DNA of 64,000 nt from Gemmatimonadota bacterium (lineage in GTDB: Bacteria > Gemmatimonadota > Gemmatimonadetes > Palauibacterales > Palauibacteraceae), in assembly GCA_039588275.1 (NCBI GenBank), contig JBDHAC010000007.1:1-64000 (forward strand). Direction: 5' to 3'. The translations under genes were made by a program, and so were the position numbers. Below are positions 54,149 through 63,000 of the stretch, piece by piece. Below the pieces are notes generated by a model that saw nothing but the letters and a program-made list of their open reading frames with translations, had not been told where the DNA came from and ran no database searches. The first letter of the stretch is position 1, and each line of letters begins with the position of its first letter.

Positions 54149-55441
54149 TCAACCGAGGTCGCACGCCCGCAGGTCGTCCAACGTCTCCCGACGTACGACT
54201 TCGCGCGCCTGCCCATCGCGTACGAAGACGACAGGCGAGCGTCCGACTCCGTTGTACCGGCTGGACATCGAGTAACCGTACGCTCCCGTGGCCGGCACCA
54301 CGAGGAGCTCGCCCGGTGTCGTGTCCGAAGGCAGGAGCGCCTCTTCCGACACCACATCGCCGGTTTCGCAATGGCGACCGACGACGCGGAACGGCTGGTC
54401 GTGGAGGGCGCCGGGTCGCTCCGCGCACAGGACTTCGTATCGCGCCCCATATAGCGCGGGCCGCGGGTTGTCGGACATGCCCCCGTCGACCGCGATGAGC
54501 TCTCGACCTTCCGGCAGCCGTTTTCGGGCCTCGGTCCGGTACAACGTCACCCCGGCGTTCGCGATCACCGAGCGGCCGGGCTCCACCAGCAGCCGGTGCG
54601 TACCGAGGCGATCGCCGGCGCGCGCTTCTTCGAGGCCCTCGAATAGCGCGTCTGCAAGCGCCGCCGGGGTGAGCGTGGGGTCGGTCCGCAGGTACGGCAC
54701 CGCGAGCCCGCCACCCAGGTCGAGCTCCACCGGGTCACCGAAATGGCCACGAAGCGGCTCGATGAAGTCGACGGCCGCCTTCGCCGTCCGTTTGTACGTG
54801 TCCAGATCGCGAATCTGGCTTCCCACGTGGATGTGAATGCCTGCCAACCGGAGTGACGGCCAGCGATTCATGTCGGCCACGGCGCCGGCCGCCGTCCGTG
54901 CATCCATGCCGAACTGCGCGCCAAGGCCGGTGGTCTTCACCTTCGGGTGTGTGATCGCGGCTACATCGGCGTTCAGGCGCAGCAGGAGGCGCACCTCTTT
55001 GCCGCTCGCCACGGCGCCGTCGGCCAGCGTATCCAACTCTCCGGGGTGATCCACGACGACTCGCCCGATGCCCACCTCGATCGCTCGGGCGAGCTCGGCC
55101 GCCGGCTTCGCGTTCCCGTGCATCAGGATGCGGGAAGTCGCCATGCCTCCGCGTCGAGCGATCTCCAACTCGCCGGCGGAGACCACGTCTATCCACCAAT
55201 CCGTTTCGTTCAGCAGCCCGACGAGGGCGCGGCAGAGGAATGCTTTGCCAGCGTAGACGAGCGTGGTCACCGGTCCGAACGCGTCGCGATACGCGGCGAG
55301 TCGGGCGCGAACATGCGCTTCGTCGACGATATACGCGGGGGTCCCGAATCTCTTGGCGAGCGCCTGCAGCTCGACTCCGGCGAGGCTGGCGCCCCCGTTC
55401 TCCGCATGCCACGAGTCCGGCAGGACGTTCGAGAGCGCCAC
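54149..55441 (-). CDS. lysA: Diaminopimelate decarboxylase
   Basis: FGTPAY, YAGKAF (PLP Lys), HGNAK, HIHVGSQI, DLGGG, EPGRS, DNPRPALY, HCETGD, GAYGYSMSSRYN. Confidence 0.92.
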   Translation of the reverse strand: MALSNVLPDSWHAENGGASLAGVELQALAKRFGTPAYIVDEAHVRARLAAYRDAFGPVTTLVYAGKAFLCRALVGLLNETDWWIDVVSAGELEIARRGGMATSRILMHGNAKPAAELARAIEVGIGRVVVDHPGELDTLADGAVASGKEVRLLLRLNADVAAITHPKVKTTGLGAQFGMDARTAAGAVADMNRWPSLRLAGIHIHVGSQIRDLDTYKRTAKAAVDFIEPLRGHFGDPVELDLGGGLAVPYLRTDPTLTPAALADALFEGLEEARAGDRLGTHRLLVEPGRSVIANAGVTLYRTEARKRLPEGRELIAVDGGMSDNPRPALYGARYEVLCAERPGALHDQPFRVVGRHCETGDVVSEEALLPSDTTPGELLVVPATGAYGYSMSSRYNGVGRSPVVFVRDGQAREVVRRETLDDLRACDLG

Positions 55442-55510
55442 GCTGCGCGTGATCTCGCTTGCCGAGGCGCTAGGCGGCCGCGACGCGGCGCGCGGTGCGG
55501 CGGCGTGGCG

Positions 55511-56932
55511 TCAAAGCAGGACGCCCAGGACGCCGAACCCCACGATCGCCGCTCCCCCCGCGGTCAGCGCGAATGGGAGCTGCGTGCGGACGTGCTCGAT
55601 GTGATCGGTTGCCGATGCCAACGACGAGATGATCGTCGTGTCGCTGATCGGGCTGCAGTGATCTCCGAAGATCCCTCCCGACAGCACGGCTGCCACGAAC
55701 GGCGCCGCCGGCAGCGAGAGCGCCTCGGCGAGCGGGACGGCCACGGGGAGCATGATCGCGAATGTGCCCCAGCTGCTCCCGGTCGCGAACGCGATTCCGC
55801 TGCCCACGACGAACACCAGCGGCAGGAGGACTGCGACCGGGACTCGCCCACCGACCACTCCGGCGACGTACTCCCCGGTCCCCAGGGCGTCGGTCACGGA
55901 GCCCAGGGTGATCGCCAGCCACAGGACGAGCGCCATCCCCGTGAGCGCCGCGGATCCCTTGAGGCTCACCTGGCTGAGCCCTTCCAGGTCCAGCGTCCCC
56001 TGCGCCAGCGTCAGGATCCAGGCGACGCCGAGACCTGCGAGGACGGCCCATACCACGCTCGTGGATCCCGAGCCCTGTGAAATGTCTCCGGCGCCCGTGA
56101 TGTACATGAAGGCCGGCATGCAGGCGACCATGACGACGATCGGGATCACCATGTTGCGGGGGCGAAGGTCGGTGCCTGCTGGCGGCTCGGGCGCGATCTC
56201 GCCCGGGTCCGCGAGCGCCACCGCATGATCCCATTGGAGCTTACCGCCGCGCGTGCGTTCTTCCGCCTTTCCCATCGGACCCCACTCCAGCCCGAAGAAG
56301 GCCACGATGCCCGCCAGGGTGAGCGCCCCCATCGCGTACATGTTGAGCGGAATCGCGATCAGGAACGTCTTGAGCGGCTCGTCGACTCCCAGGCCGGCGA
56401 GGATGCCGAGGATGTAGGCACCCCACGCGTTGAACGGGATCAGGATGCACACGGGGGCGGACGTGGAGTCGACCAGATACGCGAGCTTCTCTCGTGACAC
56501 GCGGAAGCGGTCGAACAGGGGGCGGCAGATCGAGCCGGCGACCAGGATCGTGAGGTTGGATTCGATGAAGATCACGAGTCCGATGACCCAGGCGAGGATC
56601 TGTGCGCGTCTCCCGCTCGTGACGAAGCGTCGGCGTTCGACCCAGCTCACGAAGCCGCGCACGCCACCGTTCGCTTCCACGACCGCGATCAAGGCCCCTA
56701 TCAGGAACGTGAACACGATCACCTGGGCGCTGCCCAGATCGGCCAGGATGCGGATGGTGCCCTCGATGGCATCCGCCATGCCCGCGGCCGGATTCCAGCC
56801 GGCCATGATCGTGAACCCGAGCCAGATGCCGGCCGCCAGCGACAGGTAGACCTGGCGGGTGTACACCGCCAGGCCGATCGCCAGCAGAGGCGGCAGCAGC
56901 GAAAGCAGGCCGTACGTCGTCGAGCTCTCCAT
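55511..56932 (-). CDS. Na+/H+ antiporter NhaC family transporter
   Basis: SLLPPLLAI, SREKLAYLVDSTSAP, FATGSSWGTFAIM, FGDHCSPISDTTI, HVRTQLP. Confidence 0.9.
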   Translation of the reverse strand: MESSTTYGLLSLLPPLLAIGLAVYTRQVYLSLAAGIWLGFTIMAGWNPAAGMADAIEGTIRILADLGSAQVIVFTFLIGALIAVVEANGGVRGFVSWVERRRFVTSGRRAQILAWVIGLVIFIESNLTILVAGSICRPLFDRFRVSREKLAYLVDSTSAPVCILIPFNAWGAYILGILAGLGVDEPLKTFLIAIPLNMYAMGALTLAGIVAFFGLEWGPMGKAEERTRGGKLQWDHAVALADPGEIAPEPPAGTDLRPRNMVIPIVVMVACMPAFMYITGAGDISQGSGSTSVVWAVLAGLGVAWILTLAQGTLDLEGLSQVSLKGSAALTGMALVLWLAITLGSVTDALGTGEYVAGVVGGRVPVAVLLPLVFVVGSGIAFATGSSWGTFAIMLPVAVPLAEALSLPAAPFVAAVLSGGIFGDHCSPISDTTIISSLASATDHIEHVRTQLPFALTAGGAAIVGFGVLGVLL

Positions 56933-56952
56933 ACGCGCTGACTAACCGGCCA

Positions 56953-57612
56953 CTAGCGCCGGGAGACCCAGCTGCTGTGCGCGTCGTAATAGCGCAGCCG
57001 GCGCTCGGTCCCTCTCGTGATGCCGATGCGGGTGGTGACGATGACGCGGTCCTCTGGAACCCGCTCGCCGCGCTCTATCCATAGGGGCGGGCGGTCTAGC
57101 GGATGACGCTGAAGCTCGGGCCCGACCGCCAACGCCTCCGCGAGGCGCGCGGGTCCGTTGGTGAGCTCCGATCGGCCTCGGCGCTGGCGCATCACCTCTA
57201 TCCCCTCGACGGGCTCCAACGCACGAATCAGTACGCCGGCAGGCTCTTCCTCGAGACCCGTAACCGCGTTCAGGAGCCAGTGGATCCCGTAGTTCATGTG
57301 GATGTAGGCGGTGCCCGGCGGGCCGAACAGTGGATCGTTTCGAGAAGTGCGGCCGATCGATTCGGCCGCGTGACACGCCGGGTCTTCGGGGCCCGTGTAC
57401 GCTTCCGTCTCGACGATGCGTCCGGACACACGCGCCCCGCAGCACTCGGAAACCAGCGTGCAACCCAGCAGCTCTCGGGCTACGGCGTCGGCCGTACGGG
57501 CGAAGAACTCCGGTGAAAGCGGATCGGGACGCGAGGAAGTGCCGCCCGGAGCTCTCCCGTGGCGTCCCGCGCGACGCGTGGCGCTCGGGCCTCCGGGCGG
57601 CGAAGCGGTCAC
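56953..57612 (-). CDS. mpg: DNA-3-methyladenine glycosylase (MPG/AAG family)
   Basis: ARELLG, IVETEAY..DPACH, YGIHWLLN, VLIRALEP, NGPARL, RIGI; start codon uncertain. Confidence 0.92.
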   Translation of the reverse strand: MTASPPGGPSATRRAGRHGRAPGGTSSRPDPLSPEFFARTADAVARELLGCTLVSECCGARVSGRIVETEAYTGPEDPACHAAESIGRTSRNDPLFGPPGTAYIHMNYGIHWLLNAVTGLEEEPAGVLIRALEPVEGIEVMRQRRGRSELTNGPARLAEALAVGPELQRHPLDRPPLWIERGERVPEDRVIVTTRIGITRGTERRLRYYDAHSSWVSRR

Positions 57613-57620
57613 GAAGGCGG

Positions 57621-59918
57621 TCAGCCCCCGCCGTTCGACCGCTCCGACGCTCGTGCGGCGATCACCGCACGAGCGCGCGCTGCCGAGAGCACCTCCGTGA
57701 GGCGCTCCGGCTCACGATCGATCACTTGAAAGACTTCGGCGCCAAAGCGGTCGACCAGAGCCTCGGCCGTCCGACGACCCACGCCGCTGTAGTTACGGAT
57801 CATGTGCGCGATCGGGTCGGAGGTCGACTCCGACGGCTTCTTCGAGGCCGATGTCGTCGGCTCACTGCGTCGCTTCTCTTCCGATGCACCGTCAGGGGAG
57901 GCGGGTTCCCACGCCTGGCCGGGAGACTCGGCTTTCGCCGGGCCGGAAGACGCGGCACCACCAACTGGGCCCGATGCCCCGATGACGGGGCCTTTGCGCC
58001 CGACCGAGCCGGTGCGGTACCGGCCCATGCCGCGTCGCTCGGGAGGCCGATCGGCCGGCCCGTGGGCGGTGGGCTCTGGAGTTGGCGGTCTCGTAGGTTC
58101 GGGAGACGGCTGCGAGTGCGCCTTCGGCGATTGCCGTGCCGGCTCGGAAGACTGCGGCCGGGACCGGGATCGCTCGGCACGGGGCTTCCTCGACGGCTCT
58201 TCACGTGGCTTCTGCGATCGCTCGGCCCGCTCCTTCGGCGGCCGCTCGGGGCGCCGCTTCTGGGACCGGTCCTCACGCGGCTTCTGGGACCGGTCAGCGC
58301 GCGGTTTCGGCGGCTGTTCTCCCCGCGGCTTCCGGGATCGGTCGGCGCCCTGTTTGCGAGACCGTTCCGCACCTTGCTTCCGAGAGCGGTCCGCAGGTCG
58401 CTTCCCCGACCGCTCGCCTCGTGGGGTGGCGGGCCGCTTCGTGGGCTCTCCCGCCTTCTCACCGGACCGTGTCGACTGCCCGTCGTCCGCCGGGGTATCC
58501 GGTCCGGGCTCGGCGGCCTTCGCGCCCGCGGGCGCGGATGGGGCACCCGGGCCTCCCCGGATTCGGCCGAGCGTCCGACGAGCCACCTTCTTTGCCGCGG
58601 CAAACGCGGAGCCGCCACCGGACTGCGGGGTCTCGGCTGCTGCTGCACCCGCAGCGGGTCGCCCCTTTTCACCTTCGTCCGCCGGCTCGGACCCGACGCC
58701 CTGACGCGCACGATCCGAGCGGCCTCCTCCCCCACGATCGCCGCCCCCACCCCGCCGACCCCGGCGGGACGATCCCTTCCCGGCCTTCGCGGGAGTGAGG
58801 TAGAAATTGCCGTCGTCCCCCTGCCTTAGACTCACGATGCCGTCGTCGTCCGCCTGCTTCAGAAAGCGGTTGAACTTGTTGAATCCGAGGGCACCTTCGT
58901 CGAACGTCGCGTCACGTTCGAGCAGACGCCGCTTCACCATCGAGTCACGCACCGCGTCGGACCCGTCGAAGAGCTCGGTCACGACGGTCGCCAACTCATC
59001 GTACGCCCGGCCGAGAGCCACCTCGGGTACGTCGGGACCGCTTGCCTCGCGGCCAGTGGCGGCGGCCGCGGTCGCGGCTTCCGAATCGGGCGCCGTCTTC
59101 ACGCCAGCCGCCTCGGTCGGGGCTTCGGTATCCTCTCGTCGGGCCGCTCCATGGCCCCGTGATACCTCGTATTGCCCGCTCTCGCCTTTGCGGAGGCGGA
59201 TGAGGTCTCGGTGGGCCGCCTCGGTCAGGAAGCGATTGAATTTGGTGAAGCCGGCCGTTTTCTCGTCGAAGGTCGGATCGATCTCGAGCATGACCTGCTT
59301 GAGCCGATCCGAGCGCATGACGTCCTTGCGCTTGACCATTCGTTCTATCGCATGCACGACGAGCTCCCACGGATCCAGCCGTTCCGTGGGCATATCCGCG
59401 GCGGACGTGAGCCCGCCCAGCGTGTTGTAGCTGTAGTACTCGTCGCAATTCTGGACCAGGATATCCGAGGTGGATTCCTGCAGCCCGACCCCGATCACGT
59501 ACTTCCCGTACTCCTTCAGCTTCAGGACGAGACTCGAGAAATCCGAATCACCCGAGAGCAGGATGAACGTGCCGATCTCGGGTCGGGTGAAGACGAGCTC
59601 GAGCGCGTCGATCGCGAGGCGGATGTCCGTCGCGTTCTTGCGGGATGATCCGTACGCCGGAGCGAAGATCAGGTCGATCGACGCCTCGGAGAGCGAGACG
59701 ATGTACTGGGGATAGCGCCGCCAGTCCGCGTACGCGCGCTGTACGGCCACCTTCCCTTTGATGAGCTGGGAATCCAGCAGTTTGCGGAGCTCCTGACCCA
59801 GGTTGGATCGGATCCCCATGGTGACGTTGTCGAAATCGATCAGTAAGGCCGCGTTATGAGACGGCCGCTCGGAGGGTTGGGCGCCCATGTGGGGGGCGCG
59901 CACGAATTCGTTATTCAT
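57621..59918 (-). CDS. NYN domain ribonuclease with two OST-HTH/LOTUS domains, disordered repeat region and C-terminal HhH-like domain
   Basis: IDFDN, KNATDIRLAID, LSGDSDF (NYN); LKQVM..DPTFDEKTAGFTKF and VKRRL..DATFDEGALGFNKF (LOTUS x2); SGVGRRTAEALVDRFG (HhH). Confidence 0.88.
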   Translation of the reverse strand: MNNEFVRAPHMGAQPSERPSHNAALLIDFDNVTMGIRSNLGQELRKLLDSQLIKGKVAVQRAYADWRRYPQYIVSLSEASIDLIFAPAYGSSRKNATDIRLAIDALELVFTRPEIGTFILLSGDSDFSSLVLKLKEYGKYVIGVGLQESTSDILVQNCDEYYSYNTLGGLTSAADMPTERLDPWELVVHAIERMVKRKDVMRSDRLKQVMLEIDPTFDEKTAGFTKFNRFLTEAAHRDLIRLRKGESGQYEVSRGHGAARREDTEAPTEAAGVKTAPDSEAATAAAATGREASGPDVPEVALGRAYDELATVVTELFDGSDAVRDSMVKRRLLERDATFDEGALGFNKFNRFLKQADDDGIVSLRQGDDGNFYLTPAKAGKGSSRRGRRGGGGDRGGGGRSDRARQGVGSEPADEGEKGRPAAGAAAAETPQSGGGSAFAAAKKVARRTLGRIRGGPGAPSAPAGAKAAEPGPDTPADDGQSTRSGEKAGEPTKRPATPRGERSGKRPADRSRKQGAERSRKQGADRSRKPRGEQPPKPRADRSQKPREDRSQKRRPERPPKERAERSQKPREEPSRKPRAERSRSRPQSSEPARQSPKAHSQPSPEPTRPPTPEPTAHGPADRPPERRGMGRYRTGSVGRKGPVIGASGPVGGAASSGPAKAESPGQAWEPASPDGASEEKRRSEPTTSASKKPSESTSDPIAHMIRNYSGVGRRTAEALVDRFGAEVFQVIDREPERLTEVLSAARARAVIAARASERSNGGG
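58152..58415 (-). repeat. Degenerate 24-bp coding repeat x11 (consensus [DE]RS[RQ]KPRA)
   Basis: ERSGKRPA DRSRKQGA ERSRKQGA DRSRKPRG EQPPKPRA DRSQKPRE DRSQKRRP ERPPKERA ERSQKPRE EPSRKPRA ERSRSRPQ. Confidence 0.85.
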
Positions 59919-60143
59919 GTCCTCTCTTCAGTTGCTGTGGGGGCAGCCGATCCGCCGAAGCGGGCGAGAGGCCCCCCGTCCTCGCCTCCGACCGACCGGC
60001 CGAAGGGGATGGCACGAGGGGTCTCACACCGACCGCTTCCCCGTTTCCTTTTGCTTCTCTCTACGAAGTTCTCTTTTGCGTCCGGCCTTTTGGCACCCCG
60101 GCTCGGATCCGCGATCTGGTCGCGGGCTCGGCCTGGCGCCCCC

Positions 60144-61778
60144 TCAGCCTCGATCCGCGGAATCGGACGCGACTTCCGCACGGACGATGCGGGCCAGCTC
60201 GACGCGGCGCGCACGTTGCTCCGAGGCCTCCGGAAACTCATCCATGAATAGGACGATATCCGGCACTTTGTATTTCGTGACCGAGCCGCGGCAGTAGCCG
60301 CGTAGCTCGTCGGCCGTGATCAGCGCCCCCTCTACGGGGACGACGCAGGCGCATACGAGCTCGCCAAGCACTTCGTTCGGCACCCCGAGCACGACGGCGT
60401 CGGTCACCGCCGGGTGAGAGCGCAGCAGATCCTCGAGCTCGCGAGGATGCACGTTGTACCCCCCGCGAATGATCACGTCGCTCAACCGACCGACGATGTG
60501 CAGGTAGCCCTCTGCGTCGATCATGGCAAGGTCACCCGTTCGCAGGAAGCCGTCGGGAGTCATTGCCGACGCCGTCACCGACGGTTGGCGGAAGTAGCCC
60601 TGCATGACGTTGAACCCGCGCACTCCTAGCTCGCCCACGGACTCGGCGGGCAGCGCTTCCCCTTCCTCGTCGAGAATGACGACCTCGACGCCGGGGAGTG
60701 GCCGGCCCACCGTCTGAACCCGCTTCGCGGGTGCGTCATCCGGTCGGGTGATCGACACCGTCGGAGACGTCTCCGTGAGCCCGTACGCGATCTCGATCCC
60801 GGCCGTGAAGCGGTCACGCACATCCCGCGCCAACTCCTCACGCACGGGCGCGCCGGCGACGATCCCACCCCGCAGCGACGAGAGGTCGCGCTTCGACCCC
60901 TCGGCCTCCCGGAGCTGCATGACGAACATCGTCGGAACGCCGTGATCGATGGACACTCGGTGGCGCTCGATCAGCTCGAGGGATTCCTCCGCCTCGAATT
61001 TCTCCTGGAGCACGAGGGCCGACTCGGACACGAGCGCGGTGAGCAGGGCGGCCGACAGCCCGAAGATGTGGTAGAGCGGTACGGCACACAGCGTTACGTC
61101 GGCCGGAGTCAGGCTCAAGGCTTCCGCCGTCGCGCCGGCGGTCCGCAGCAGGTTTTCGTGCGTCAGCACGACCCCTTTCGGCGTGCCCGTGGTTCCCGGC
61201 GTGTACAGGATCGCGTACGGATCCTCCTCCGGGTTGACCTCCGCCGGCTCGAACTCGCGCCCTCGGCCGCTCGCCACCAGGTCCTCGAACTGGTAGATCC
61301 GGTCGTCGTACCAGAGATCCTCTTCGCCGACCGTGACGAGATACTGCAGGTCGGGCAGGTCGACGAGGAGCGTCTCGAACACCTGAAGATAGTCCACGCC
61401 ATCGAAGTGTTCGGCCGTGATCGCGACCGACGCCTCGGAGTTCCGGAGCATGTACTGCAACTCGCGGGGGGTGTGGCCCGGGTTCAGCGGTACGATCGTC
61501 GCTCCCAATTCAGCCGCCGCGAGCGTGGAAATGACGAACTCCGGCCAGTTCGGCATGTCGATCGCGATCCGATCGCCCCGCTCGATGCCGAGGTTGTGTA
61601 GCCCCACGGCCAGCGCCCGGGCTTGCGTGGCGGCGTGGGCATAGCTCCAGGTGCGCTCCCCGAAGATGAGGAACGGCGCCTCGGGGCGGCCCTCGGCCGC
61701 AACTCTCAGGGCTTCCGCGACGGTCAACGTCTCTGTCCTGGCCGGCTCTGCGACTGGCACAACCCTCTCGCTTGGCAA
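60144..61778 (-). CDS. Class I adenylate-forming enzyme (acyl-CoA synthetase)
   Basis: YTPGTTGTPKG, PLYHIFG, YGLTET, LRTGDL, IIRGGYNVHPRE, YKVP; start codon uncertain. Confidence 0.9.
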   Translation of the reverse strand: MPSERVVPVAEPARTETLTVAEALRVAAEGRPEAPFLIFGERTWSYAHAATQARALAVGLHNLGIERGDRIAIDMPNWPEFVISTLAAAELGATIVPLNPGHTPRELQYMLRNSEASVAITAEHFDGVDYLQVFETLLVDLPDLQYLVTVGEEDLWYDDRIYQFEDLVASGRGREFEPAEVNPEEDPYAILYTPGTTGTPKGVVLTHENLLRTAGATAEALSLTPADVTLCAVPLYHIFGLSAALLTALVSESALVLQEKFEAEESLELIERHRVSIDHGVPTMFVMQLREAEGSKRDLSSLRGGIVAGAPVREELARDVRDRFTAGIEIAYGLTETSPTVSITRPDDAPAKRVQTVGRPLPGVEVVILDEEGEALPAESVGELGVRGFNVMQGYFRQPSVTASAMTPDGFLRTGDLAMIDAEGYLHIVGRLSDVIIRGGYNVHPRELEDLLRSHPAVTDAVVLGVPNEVLGELVCACVVPVEGALITADELRGYCRGSVTKYKVPDIVLFMDEFPEASEQRARRVELARIVRAEVASDSADRG

Positions 61779-61853
61779 TCCGGGCTCGTCGTCCCTTGCA
61801 GGCCGCGGAGGAACTCGCGCGCCGCGGGCCTCATAGCCTGCAATCGTCTTAAT

Positions 61854-62993
61854 CTAGGCCTGGGCCGGCGGACGTAAAGCGGCGGCCACCCACTCCTCAC
61901 CCGATTCGGGCGAGATCTCGAACGTATGGCTCCCCTCGGGCGAGGTCGCTACCTCGCCCAGCCGATGGAGCAGCACGCAGCGTACCCGGCCACCCCTGGC
62001 CTTCTTGTCACGCACGAGGGCGTGCCAGACGTGCGACGGGGATCGCTCCTCCTCCCAAAGCCGATCCAGCTCACAGGCCTCGAGCAGATGCTCGATTCGA
62101 GGCGAAGTTTCCGGCTCGGTCACGCCGATTTGCTCACCGAGGCGTGCCTCGACGCGCATGCCGGACGCGACGGCCTCGCCGTGCAGCACGGCGTATCCCC
62201 CGAGAAGCTCGAGCGCATGCCCGATCGTGTGACCGAAGTTCAGGATGGCGCGCCTGTCGGTCTCGGTCGGGTCCGCGCTCACCACATCGATCTTGTGGCT
62301 CACCACCCGGCGGATGAGCGCCTCCAGGCAATCCTCGTCACCATCCAGGAGCGACCCCGCGTTCCCTTCGATCCACTCCCACAGATCGAGGTCGAGGATC
62401 GCCGCGGTCTTGATCGCTTCGGCCAGACCGGCGGCCCGCTGGTGGCGTGGCAGCGAGTGCAGCAGGTGCGGGTCGATCAGCACGAACGACGGGTGATGGA
62501 AGGCGCCCACCAGGTTCTTTCCAGCCTCGGTATCCACGCCCGTCTTGCCCCCCACCGAGCTGTCCAGCATCGCGAGCAGGGTGGTCGGGACCTGGACGAC
62601 GGGAACGCCCCGCATGTAGGTGGCCGCCAGGAAGCCCGCCAGATCGCCCGTGACGCCCCCGCCGAGCGCGATCACGGCCGTATCCCGGCCAAACCCGCCG
62701 AGCAGCATGCGGTCCGAGAGCTCCGCCCACGTCTCCCGCGTCTTGTTCCACTCGCCGGCCGGGAACGGTACCAGCTCCACTTCCGCCCCAGCCGCCTTCA
62801 TCGAGGCCAGCGCCGCATCGCCATAAAGGCGAGCGACCTGGGAGTCGGCGATCAGGGCGTACCGGTGAGCGTCGAGCGACCGAGTGCACAGCTCGCCCAG
62901 TCGCTCCAGGCCCCCGATTTCCAGATGGACCTCGTACGCGGATGCTTCGGTGTCGGGCTGCTCGATCAGCAACGGTTCGAGATCGACGTTCAC
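61854..62993 (-). CDS. aroB: 3-dehydroquinate synthase
   Basis: GEWNKT, ALGGGVTGDLAGF.AATYMRG, PTTLLAMLDSSVGGKTG, KNLVGAFH, LNFGHTIGHALE, HGEAV. Confidence 0.95.
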   Translation of the reverse strand: MNVDLEPLLIEQPDTEASAYEVHLEIGGLERLGELCTRSLDAHRYALIADSQVARLYGDAALASMKAAGAEVELVPFPAGEWNKTRETWAELSDRMLLGGFGRDTAVIALGGGVTGDLAGFLAATYMRGVPVVQVPTTLLAMLDSSVGGKTGVDTEAGKNLVGAFHHPSFVLIDPHLLHSLPRHQRAAGLAEAIKTAAILDLDLWEWIEGNAGSLLDGDEDCLEALIRRVVSHKIDVVSADPTETDRRAILNFGHTIGHALELLGGYAVLHGEAVASGMRVEARLGEQIGVTEPETSPRIEHLLEACELDRLWEEERSPSHVWHALVRDKKARGGRVRCVLLHRLGEVATSPEGSHTFEISPESGEEWVAAALRPPAQA

Positions 62994-63000
62994 GGTGACG

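Noticed and set aside
56933..56952. Lysine riboswitch upstream of the nhaC-lysA pair
   Set aside because: Only about 20 nt lie before nhaC and about 70 nt before lysA, too short for the aptamer, and no consensus is seen
60030..60100. c-di-GMP-I riboswitch-like GACGCAAA on the minus strand
   Set aside because: No GGCAAA/GAAA tetraloop P2 stem or P3 receptor can be built
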